From: an uncultured Verrucomicrobiae bacterium
GTDB taxonomy: Bacteria; Verrucomicrobiota; Verrucomicrobiia; Opitutales; JABDGR01
Direction: 5' to 3'
NCBI GenBank assembly: GCA_963765205.1
Contig: CAVXVB010000005.1
Coordinates: 384,001-448,000, forward strand
DNA: 64,000 nt
Below the pieces are notes generated by a model. That model saw only the letters and a list, made by a program, of their open reading frames with translations. It did not search any database and was not told where the DNA came from. Positions 1 to 8,548 of this stretch are shown piece after piece; the stretch's first letter is position 1; every line of letters starts with the position of its first letter. The position numbers and the translations under genes were made by a program.

Positions 1-2
1 CC

Positions 3-485
3 TCGCTCGGCATCCCCATGCTCGCGCAGGGGCAGGACTTTTTGCACTCGAAGCAAGGCGTCAACAACACCTACCTGCGCGGCGACCTCAACGCACTCAA
101 TTACGCGCGCCTCGCTCAATACCGCGCCACCCACGACTATTTTTGCGCCTGGATCAAGTTCCGGCTTTCGCCGGCGGGCCGGCACTTCCGCCACGACGGG
201 TTTCCCCCGTCGGGCTATTTCGAGTTTTTCACCGCCCCCGACAGCTCCGCCACCGGCCTGCTCTACAATGCGAACCGCACGCTCGGCCCCGACCAGTTGT
301 TTTTCGCCGCCAACCCACACCCGCACCCGCTCACCCTGGATACCGGCGCCCTACCCGCGGAGCAATTCCTCCAGCTCGCCAACCACGACGAACTACGCCC
401 CGAGGGCTTGGTCGAGTCCGCGCGCTATGTTTGGAGTGGCAGCCAGCTCAAATTGCCGCCGTTAAGCGTCGGTCTCTGGCGGTAG
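3..485 (+). CDS. GH13 type I pullulanase / glycogen-debranching-like enzyme, C-terminal part (5' end outside window)
   Basis: Frame open from the window edge. SLGIPMLAQGQDFLHSKQGVNNTY...LNALNY matches the GIPF..GQEF.R.K.G..NSY....N..W segment of type I pullulanases. Confidence 0.65.
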   Translation, partial: SLGIPMLAQGQDFLHSKQGVNNTYLRGDLNALNYARLAQYRATHDYFCAWIKFRLSPAGRHFRHDGFPPSGYFEFFTAPDSSATGLLYNANRTLGPDQLFFAANPHPHPLTLDTGALPAEQFLQLANHDELRPEGLVESARYVWSGSQLKLPPLSVGLWR

Positions 486-527
486 CCTTGAGGACGAACT
501 CAGTTCCCTGGCCCTTCCCCAACTGCT

Positions 528-1025
528 TTACCAGCGCCGAGCAAAGAGCAACCAGACCAAAATCAGCCAAAAAACCACGCCGCCGCCGGCCAGCCCAGCA
601 CTGAGCCATTGCAATCGCTGGGCGGTTTGCGGGTAGCCCCGGGCCGCGAGGTCGCGCGCCAAGGCCCAAGCCCGCCACGCCAGAGGTGGCAGCGCAAAGC
701 ACCAGCCGCAAGTCGTGTAGGCGCGGAGGGCTTCCGTCTGGGGGACGTTTTCCCCTGGGGTGGCCGCGATGGCCTGGGCGGGCGGGTGCGCGGCCAGCTC
801 CAGCGTGGACAGATCATCGCCCTCCGGCGCGCCGAACAGCGGCTCTGCCATCGGCGCCGCAGTGGGCGGCAGCAATTGCTTCAGCGGCACCAAGCCCGCC
901 GCAGTCTCGACTCGGTGCAGCAGCCCGATGTCGCCACGTTTCAACAAATCGCCCAATTGGTCAAGCGAGTAGGGCCCGTCGCGCCGCCCTTTCCAGACAA
1001 TGAAATAGGTTTCGACGGCGGGCAT
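528..1025 (-). CDS. GYF_2 (DUF4339-like) domain membrane protein
   Basis: N-terminal YFIVWKGRRDGPYSLDQLGDLLKRGDI is a GYF_2 pattern; Pro/Ala linker; C-terminal hydrophobic hairpin. ATG at 1025 chosen over 1064. Confidence 0.7.
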   Translation of the reverse strand: MPAVETYFIVWKGRRDGPYSLDQLGDLLKRGDIGLLHRVETAAGLVPLKQLLPPTAAPMAEPLFGAPEGDDLSTLELAAHPPAQAIAATPGENVPQTEALRAYTTCGWCFALPPLAWRAWALARDLAARGYPQTAQRLQWLSAGLAGGGVVFWLILVWLLFARRW

Positions 1026-1092
1026 GGGGAAAAGAGGATGTAGATTGCAAATCTTGGATTTCAAATTTCAGAGGGACCTGACTTGCGGCCCG

Positions 1093-4023
1093 TCACGGCG
1101 TGGCATTTTCCGGCAAATACACCAGCGGCGTCAAGCGCGCGGGCACCCCTTCGCCTGACCGGCCGCTGATTTGGCCGCCGCGCCTTTCGTAAAGCGGGCG
1201 CCAGACGCCATCAGCGTTGAAGCCCCACAGGGTCGCGCCCTCCGGCGCCGAGCCGGCCAAATGCGGCGCATTGTCCAGGTCCACATAACCGGCAAAAAAT
1301 ACCGGCGTCGCGTGTTTCTTCAGCAATTCCTGCAAATTCGCCAGCGCTTCCTGGTAATAACTCACGCCCCCGGTGCCTTTGTAGAAGGCCCGCAGATTGG
1401 CCGGCAGCGGCGAATCAGCCGGGGTGAACAACCAGTCGCCCGGCTGCAAGTGGCCGCCGGTGAGGCGCGTCAATTCCTCCGCGTCTTTTTTTGCCGTGGG
1501 CGAAAATGTCAGGCCCCAGTCGCGCGGGCGGTCTTGCATGATGCGGAGTATCTCCTGCTGGAAATAGGCCTTGAGCAGCGGCGAGGAGCCGGCGTCGGCC
1601 CGCAGGTCGTCGAGCACGCGCAGCAACGGCTCGCGAATGGCGCTGCGGTCCTTGTCGTAGGCGTCCGCCACCCGCGCCACGAGTTTGGCTTCGGGCGCCG
1701 GCTGGACGTTTTCGAATTTTTGACCGTTGCCTTTCAAGCCGTTGAATTGCAACCAGCCCACGATTTTTTCCGGGGTGGTTCCATCACCGGCGATGACTTT
1801 GCTCGTCATGGTCAATTCGTGCTCGGTGTCATTTTTGTGCTCCTCCACGCTGGGTGGCCCGGCGAGGAACAGCGGCTGGCGCGCAGTCACGGTGTCGTTC
1901 GCATAAGTGACGAGGTCGGCCCGGTAAAGGTTGCCGAGGGCGCCATTTTGGGTGAGGCGGGCAAATGCAATGTCCTCTTTCTGATTGTCATCGGCTGGTT
2001 GCAGGCGCGCCTCGCTGAGGGTGCCGAGAAAGGCCCAGGTCTCCGCGTCGTCAGGCAACAAAATGTGCTGGGCTGCGCCGGTCCAATCAGGCTTCTTTGA
2101 CCCGAGCGCGTGGGCGGCGGCCACATCCGGATCGTTGCCCAGCGGGTTGGGCGCGAGCGCCTCAATAACGGCCTGGTAATCCGCCAGCGAATTCACTTGC
2201 GCGAGTTGCGCGCGGCTGGCGATCACGCTTTCCGCCGCGGGGCCGAGCTGGTCGAGCTTCGCGACGAGGGCTGTCAATTTCTGAAAAGTGGCCGCTTCGG
2301 CCAGGCTGCGCTGGCTGGGATCCACGGTGAGGGCGTCCGCCTCGGCGGTGATTTTCCGCGCGGCGGCCACGGCGGTCTGTGCGGCGTCCGCAGTCTGGGC
2401 GGAGTCGAGTTGCTGGGTGACGATCTGGTCGGCGCGCGAATAAATATCGGCCAGGCGGGCGGTGCGCGCGTCTTGGTCGCCGGCCAATTGCTGGTTCAGG
2501 CGCAGGCGCAGTTCGTGCAGGGCGGCTTTGGCGTGCTGCGCATCTCCCGCGCCGAGGTCACTGGTCTCCTGGTCGAGGCCGTCCAGGGTCTTGAACAAGC
2601 CGGCAATCTGGTTGGGCGATGGTTTTTCCGCCGCTTGCCGCACAAGCGCCAGCTCCTGGTTAAAGCGGTCGAGGGCGGCCAAGTGGACTTTCGCGTAGGC
2701 CCGCGTCTGGTCGAGCGCCTTCGTGGTTGCGTCGTCCACCGGCTGGCCGCCAAAGTCTGCATCGTAGTTTTTCAGCGCGTCGGCCAGCGTGACAGCAGCC
2801 CCGTCATTGTAATCCTGCGCGATGGCAGTCAGGGCGGCCTGCTGGCGGACGCGGCGCACTTGGGCCCGGATGGCGATCGCCGCCACCGCCACAATCAGGA
2901 GAATCGCCGCCGCAGTCACCCCCGCCAAGGTCAACTTGCGCCGGCGCAATTGCCGCCGCAGTGACTCTGCCGCCGCGTTCACCCGTTCGAGCAATTCCGG
3001 TGGCGGCGCGTGGTTGTTCTGATCATGGGCTTGCGCAGCCAGCGTCGAAGATTGTGTGGCCAATTCCGCGATTTGTTCGGTGAGGATGGGGTCGGGCTTT
3101 TTGGCGGGATTCTCCGCGGCCAATTCATTCAGCCGCGCGGCCACGCGGTCCCAGGACCGCTCGCGCTCCTGCTCCTGCATGCGCCCGGACAGCAGGCCCG
3201 CGGCCCATTCGCGTGCGCCGGCGGCCAGGGCCTCGGTGTCCGGCGGCAAGGTGAAAGAAAACTGCCCGCGCAACGTGTCCCATTCCGCGAGCATGGGCAA
3301 GGCGTCCTGCCAGCGGCCCTCGATGCGCAGTTGGCGCAATTGCGCGGCCAAATCCTGGCAGCGGGCGCGCGCTTCGACGAATTGATGCTCCTCGCGGAAT
3401 TTGAGCGCGCGCCGCCACGTCGGATCTTCGTCGCGGCCCGGCCAGTTGTCCGCCTCAAACGAGTCCATCAACGCCAGCACCCGCGCCGCTTCATGACGGT
3501 CGAGCGCGCCAGCGAGTTCGCCGCGGCGCTGCACGAAGAGCTTGTGGGCCAGGCGCGCGAACTCCGCGTGCGCGTTGGCGTCGTCATGGTTGATGCGCCG
3601 GATGGATTGCAGCACGCGCAGCGCCTGCTCGTCGTGGCGCGTGCGGATGGCCTGGCGGTATTCGCGGTAGAGCGGGTGCGTCTCGCTGATTTTCTTGCCG
3701 TAGAGCTGGTTGACCAGGTCCACGCTGCGCTCGTCAAACGGCGGCGCGGCGGGCAGGTTGCGCTGGCGGCAGAACGTGCGCCAGTGGTCGGCCTCGGCAA
3801 ACGACAACTGCCGCACCAAGTCCAGCACCGACGGTGGCGATTCCGCAATTTGCAACGCGGGAAAGTCCTGCCCTTCGCGAATCAGCGGCACGACTTGTTC
3901 GAGGCGTTGCGCCGCTTTTGCGCACAAGGCCACGTATTCGTCCGCCAGCGCCCGCAGCTCGAACTCCGAGGCATACCCCGAGAGCGCGGCGCGGATGCGG
4001 CTAAGGAGTCGGTCCAGTTTCAT
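1093..4023 (-). CDS. Large alpha-helical single-pass membrane protein of the GTPase/GAP1 operon
   Basis: 976-aa ORF. About 360-aa helical N-terminal region, RRRK followed by TM (LTLAGVTAAAILLIVAVAAIAI), coiled-coil and globular C-terminal region. Start overlaps the upstream gene end. Confidence 0.75.
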   Translation of the reverse strand: MKLDRLLSRIRAALSGYASEFELRALADEYVALCAKAAQRLEQVVPLIREGQDFPALQIAESPPSVLDLVRQLSFAEADHWRTFCRQRNLPAAPPFDERSVDLVNQLYGKKISETHPLYREYRQAIRTRHDEQALRVLQSIRRINHDDANAHAEFARLAHKLFVQRRGELAGALDRHEAARVLALMDSFEADNWPGRDEDPTWRRALKFREEHQFVEARARCQDLAAQLRQLRIEGRWQDALPMLAEWDTLRGQFSFTLPPDTEALAAGAREWAAGLLSGRMQEQERERSWDRVAARLNELAAENPAKKPDPILTEQIAELATQSSTLAAQAHDQNNHAPPPELLERVNAAAESLRRQLRRRKLTLAGVTAAAILLIVAVAAIAIRAQVRRVRQQAALTAIAQDYNDGAAVTLADALKNYDADFGGQPVDDATTKALDQTRAYAKVHLAALDRFNQELALVRQAAEKPSPNQIAGLFKTLDGLDQETSDLGAGDAQHAKAALHELRLRLNQQLAGDQDARTARLADIYSRADQIVTQQLDSAQTADAAQTAVAAARKITAEADALTVDPSQRSLAEAATFQKLTALVAKLDQLGPAAESVIASRAQLAQVNSLADYQAVIEALAPNPLGNDPDVAAAHALGSKKPDWTGAAQHILLPDDAETWAFLGTLSEARLQPADDNQKEDIAFARLTQNGALGNLYRADLVTYANDTVTARQPLFLAGPPSVEEHKNDTEHELTMTSKVIAGDGTTPEKIVGWLQFNGLKGNGQKFENVQPAPEAKLVARVADAYDKDRSAIREPLLRVLDDLRADAGSSPLLKAYFQQEILRIMQDRPRDWGLTFSPTAKKDAEELTRLTGGHLQPGDWLFTPADSPLPANLRAFYKGTGGVSYYQEALANLQELLKKHATPVFFAGYVDLDNAPHLAGSAPEGATLWGFNADGVWRPLYERRGGQISGRSGEGVPARLTPLVYLPENATP

Positions 4024-6457
4024 GCGGGTTAAATTGCAGAAAAATCAAAGTGTCCTTCGAGGCGACGGTGTATAGGAGCAGCCAGGGCGCGGCGGCAGCG
4101 GGCCAATCCGCCTGGGCTGTGGCATTGGCGGCGGCGGTGGCCTGGTCCAAATCGTGTTGCAGTTTTTTCACGGTTTGCGCGGCCAGGTCAATGGCGCCCT
4201 GCGGGGGCCGGCGGTCCACCGGGCCGTTGGCGGCATCGGTCAAATCTTGCCAGTCCTTCTGCGCCTGGGCGAGGTCGTTTTGTTCGCTGCGCATTTTCGC
4301 CTTCAACTTTTCCGTAAGGTCGGCGGCCGGATACTGCACGGCGCTGGGCGTGGGCGCGGGCGGCCCCTCCAGCCCCGGCAGGAGAGTGGCAGCCGGGCTG
4401 AGGTTCGTCGGCTCCAAGTGAAACGATTGCCCGGCCGAGGCATGCCAGGACAGGTTGTGGACCAGCCAGGGCGGCAGCGTCACCGTGGCCGGCGCGCCTT
4501 CCGCGGCCAGCCACGCCAGCGGCACCGACACCGGCTTCCAGGGTTGGATGCCCGTGTTATCCAATCGTCGCAGCAATAAATAAAACGAGCGCAGCGGCGG
4601 CTCCCCCGCAAAATGCAGCCACATTTCGCGGCTGACGGGTCGCAAGGGCGCGTTGGCGGGGTAGCGCTGGAAAATTTCCCCGTTGGGCTGGAACTGCCGC
4701 AAGGTCAGCCGCGTCTTCCCCGGCGCCTCCACCTCCAATTGCAAAAACCGCCCGCCGGCCGCGCCGCGCGAGGCATCGTGCAAAATCAAATAACTTTGCG
4801 GACCAAAATCCGCGTTCAACACCGTGAAGTTAAACCATTGGTCCGCCGCTGGCAGGATGATGGACGTGGCGGACGCGGCCGAGACCTGGAATTTACCCGT
4901 CGCGGAACCGAGCAGCGCGTCCAATTCCGGAATGGAAACCACGGCGGTGGCGTCTTCGTAATCCGGACCGGAACCGGCCGCCGTCAAGTCATCCACCAGC
5001 CACACGGGCGCATCGGGCAACTGGCCGAGAAACTTGAATTCGGTGAGCAGGGTGTTTTCTGTTTTTTCCATCTCCTCCGGGTTGCGGAACGGCCACGCGC
5101 GCGGCACGCCGTGCAAGGCGGCCAGTTGCGCCGACAACGCGGTCAGATTGGCCGGGCCGGCCTCCAATTGCGCGGCAATCTGGCCCACCTGGTCGAGCCA
5201 TTCCTGGCGCGCGCCCGGCACTAACTTGCCGTTTAGTACATCCACATGCGCCTGCGCCAGTTCCGGCGTCGCGTCATTGAAAGTTTTCCATTGGGCCAGC
5301 GCGTCGAGAAATTTCCCCTGGCCGGCCAGTTGCTCGATATCCAGCAGTGCCTGTTCATTCGTGACCGCCTCATTCGCGATCGCCGTATTTGCGATGGGCG
5401 GCGGGGCCGGCGCCATGGGCTGGGTCGGCGGCGCCAAGGCCAGCGTGGGGCTGGAATGGGAGGCTATCGAAAGCATGATCATGACGGTCACCACGCCGAC
5501 CACCATGCCCGCCACCGCGGCCAAAATCCAAAAGCTCGCGCCTTGCCGCGCCGGGGGCCGCGCGCGCGGAATGGGCGCGGGCAGGATTCTTTCCGCCGCC
5601 GCCGGTGGTGGTTCAGGGCGCGCGGGTGCGGGTGGGGTTCGCGCGGTCGCCGGGCGGGTGGGCATGCGGGCTTCGCCCCGCGCCATTCGTGCCGTCGCGC
5701 TAGTGGGAATGATGGGCAAGGTCTCCGGCCGCGTCAGGTCAAGAACGACGCCCGCCCGGGTGATGGCCGCTTCGGCCGGCGAACCCGCGCGCACCCCCGC
5801 CCAGCGGAAGGCGGACAACGACTCGGCCAGTTGGAGGCAGTTCGTGAACTTGGCATGCCACCGTTCCATGGCCGGCAGCAAAGCAATGGATTCGCGGAAC
5901 AAGTAGAGAATTTCGCCTTCGCGCCCCGCGGCGTAACGCAGCACGCGGTTCGCCGGCTGCGCGCCTTCGAGCAGCAACACCGCGTGTCCCGCGTCGCCCG
6001 CGATCGTTTTCCACGCCTGCGCCGGCAACGGGGGCGAGGGCGCGGCCGGCAACGCGGCGACATTCACCACGTCGCGCTCCGTCAGCCAGCGCGGTGGGCC
6101 TTCCCAGCGGTTCAGCCAGCCCGGCCAGCGCAAAAAAATGTCCGGCGGCGGCGGCGCGTGTTCCGTTTCCGCCGGGTCGAGGATCAGGTGGTGGGCCAGG
6201 TAATGGTTGCGGTGCGTGTAATCATAGCCTGCGTCCACCAACCGGCTCAGCACCGGGAAGCGAGTGCCACCGACCTCCACCAACCGGAAGGCGCAAATGA
6301 CCGGCGGGGGCTGCCAGTCGGAGGGAAAGACGCTCAGGCTCTCGAGAATCGGCACCAGGCGTTCGCGCAAATCACCGTGCCGGGCGACAGTGCCGTAGCC
6401 CGTGCGTCCCGGGGTCAGCCCTTGCGGGGCGCTGGTGAACACAAGTTGCCGCGCCAT
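4001..6457 (-). CDS. GTPase-associated protein 1 (GAP1-N2 + GAP1-M-like) with TM and C-terminal extracytoplasmic region
   Basis: Starts MARQLVFTSAPQGLTPGRTGYGTVAR...VLSRLVDAGYDYTHRNHYLAHHLIL, the signature of GAP1-N2 domains; then Pro-rich linker and TM FWILAAVAGMVVGVVTVMIML. ATG at 6457, 11 nt downstream of the GTPase stop. Confidence 0.75.
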   Translation of the reverse strand: MARQLVFTSAPQGLTPGRTGYGTVARHGDLRERLVPILESLSVFPSDWQPPPVICAFRLVEVGGTRFPVLSRLVDAGYDYTHRNHYLAHHLILDPAETEHAPPPPDIFLRWPGWLNRWEGPPRWLTERDVVNVAALPAAPSPPLPAQAWKTIAGDAGHAVLLLEGAQPANRVLRYAAGREGEILYLFRESIALLPAMERWHAKFTNCLQLAESLSAFRWAGVRAGSPAEAAITRAGVVLDLTRPETLPIIPTSATARMARGEARMPTRPATARTPPAPARPEPPPAAAERILPAPIPRARPPARQGASFWILAAVAGMVVGVVTVMIMLSIASHSSPTLALAPPTQPMAPAPPPIANTAIANEAVTNEQALLDIEQLAGQGKFLDALAQWKTFNDATPELAQAHVDVLNGKLVPGARQEWLDQVGQIAAQLEAGPANLTALSAQLAALHGVPRAWPFRNPEEMEKTENTLLTEFKFLGQLPDAPVWLVDDLTAAGSGPDYEDATAVVSIPELDALLGSATGKFQVSAASATSIILPAADQWFNFTVLNADFGPQSYLILHDASRGAAGGRFLQLEVEAPGKTRLTLRQFQPNGEIFQRYPANAPLRPVSREMWLHFAGEPPLRSFYLLLRRLDNTGIQPWKPVSVPLAWLAAEGAPATVTLPPWLVHNLSWHASAGQSFHLEPTNLSPAATLLPGLEGPPAPTPSAVQYPAADLTEKLKAKMRSEQNDLAQAQKDWQDLTDAANGPVDRRPPQGAIDLAAQTVKKLQHDLDQATAAANATAQADWPAAAAPWLLLYTVASKDTLIFLQFNPHETGPTP

Positions 6458-6468
6458 GGTCAGAAAAT

Positions 6469-8285
6469 TTATCGGCTGGGGAACAGTTGCGGCATCAGCC
6501 GCGACAGCGCCCACAGCGTGGGAATCTCCAGAAAAATCGGTTCGATGCGCTTCGGGTTCGGCGCCAGCAGCCCCGCGCCTGCGCCCGACATGATGCGTGC
6601 GGGTGAATGGCCGAACGCACTCACAGGAAAGTAGCGCACCGTGCGCGCCAGCCCCTCGGCATGCGCCACAATCGCCGGGTCCACCCGCGTCATGAATTCG
6701 CGCAGGAGAGCGGAGTTGGCGTCCACCAGCGCCTGGTCCACGATCCCGTCGTGCAGCGGGTTCTTGAACAGGTCCCACTGCACCAGGTGCTTCCACACGT
6801 CGCATTTGCCGATCAGCACGGCCAGCGGCACGTCAATCTTCCGCCCCGGCTCGAGGGCGAGCAGGCGCTTCACGCGGATTTCCATCTCCGCCATGATGCT
6901 GTCCTGCTGGTCCAGCCGCGCGCTTTGTGCCAGTTGCGGGTCCGCCGAGTCGGCCAGGATTTTGCGGAAGCCGAAATTCGAGGTCGGGTCGAATAGAAAA
7001 AATATCGTGGCCGAGCTGGCCACGTGCAGCGCGCCCGGCGAATCCTCGACATCCACCCCCGGCTCGAAGTGCTCGCCCGCATTGTCATAAAATATCACTG
7101 CGCAATCCGTCGCGTGGTCGCTGGTTTCCGCCGTGCCGTCCGGCCGGTTGACGGCGCGGCCCACCGCGTAGGCAAACGGGCGCGGCAGCGCCACCATCCG
7201 GCCATACCGCGGCAACCGCTCATACATCGCGCCCTCGAGCGCCGTCTTGGCCAGGATGGCCTCTTCGGGCTGGCTGGCGGAAAAGAGCCGGTTTTTCATC
7301 TGGTTGAGCAGCATGTTGCCCGTCGGGTCGCCGTCCTTGAGCACCAGCCCGAATTCGCGAAACAATGTCTGTTGCAGCACCTTGAGCAGCACGGACAAGT
7401 AATACGTCTTCCCTGCGCTCGGCGCGCCCACAATCGAAAAAATAAATTGCGGCACTTCCAAAAACCCCGGCGGCAACCGCCGGCGGCAATGCGGGCAGGC
7501 CAGATCGGCCGAGGGCAAGCCCAGCGGGTCAATCGCCTGGCCCAAGTCATTGAAACGCGTCGGGTAAAAACGCAGCCGCGCGTCCTCGCCCAGAATCGGG
7601 TCGCCCCGCAGGCTGTCGTGCGAGGCGATGTTCATCGCGTCGCCGGCGTCGAATTTCAGCCAGCACACCGGGCAGGTGAATTGCGCGCGCGCGCCGTCCG
7701 GCCCGGCCGTTTCGCCGTGGCTGGCCGACGGCGGCAGGCTCACGCCCAGCGCTTCGAACACCTGCGCGAGAAAAAATCCGCTCTCCAACCCCAGCGGCGC
7801 GGCGGCGTATTGCACCGGTCCAGCCCCCGCGCGCGCACCAGCTCCGGCAAATCCCGAAAACGCGTGACGCCCTCGACATGCCCGTCCGCCACGCGGAACA
7901 GCCGCCAGTCGTCGGTCTGGACTTTTTGGAGCTGCGCCTCCGCCTCCGCGCCCGCGGCCAGCGCCACCAGGTCGCGCCCGATTTGCAGGAGTGTGATGCC
8001 CGGCTGGATTTCACAAGTGTTCGAGGCCGGCGCGCCGTTCACGCGCACCCCGCGCGGATTTTCCGGCGTCAGGCGGAAGCCCTCGTCCGTGTCCTCGATC
8101 AGGCAGCCCGCCTCGCCCGGCTCGAGGCTGAGCGCCTTCCACGCCGCATTCTCCGTCTGCCCCAGCCGCGCGGGAAAGGTGGAGAGATCCGTTATCTGTC
8201 CGCGCAGGCAATCCACCAGCGCGAGGCTCGGCCGCGCGGAGCCTTTGCGGGTCAGGGGCAGAAAATTAGGCCGGGGGGCGGGCAT
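6469..8285 (-). CDS. FHA-like + Zn-ribbon + TRAFAC P-loop GTPase (Double-GTPase-2-like); frameshift near 7817
   Basis: G1 GAPSAGKT, G3 DNAGE, G4 GKCD, G5 SAFG; CPVC...CPHC split Zn ribbon. Upstream ORF 7740-8285 has an FHA-like GVRVNG strand. One extra C in GAC-CG-GTG joins the two frames (D-P-V-Q-Y). Confidence 0.75.
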
Positions 8286-8459
8286 GGCGGAATCGGAAAA
8301 AGAATCGGGGAACGCCGTTAGGAAAACAACTGCGGGGGGGTATGGTCAACCGGCTGGCCCAGCGCCCCCCATTGTTGCGCTTCGACGCTCTGCTGCCAAT
8401 ATCCAAATAAGCCGCAGGCGGGGGAAAGTTCCCATGCGTGGTATTAAAGCCCAAGGCAA

Positions 8460-8540
8460 TTCACCGCAAAGGTGCCAAGAACGCCAAGGAGGGTTTTTGC
8501 AAAGGAGGCACTCTTCGCGCTCTTTGCGTCTTGACGGGGG
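8460..8540. repeat. 9-mer tandem-repeat imperfect hairpin (CGCAAAG/CGCCAAG type)
   Basis: cgcaaaggt-gccaagaac-gccaagg ... cttcgcgct-ctttgcgtc. First 13 nt (ttcaccgcaaagg) identical to 36793-36805. Confidence 0.6.
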
Positions 8541-8548
8541 AAAATCCA

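Noticed and set aside
286..298. GCCCCGACCAGTT identical to the tRNA-Pro 3' end and flank (48056-48068), a possible att site
   Set aside because: Lies inside a coding gene upstream of the tRNA, the interval is full of housekeeping genes and there is no integrase; most likely chance.
528..8285. Type III/VI/VII secretion assignment based on the FHA-like domain and large membrane proteins
   Set aside because: No Tss, Sct or FtsK/EssC core components; the P-loop has GTPase G3/G4 motifs and the GAP1 signature fits better.
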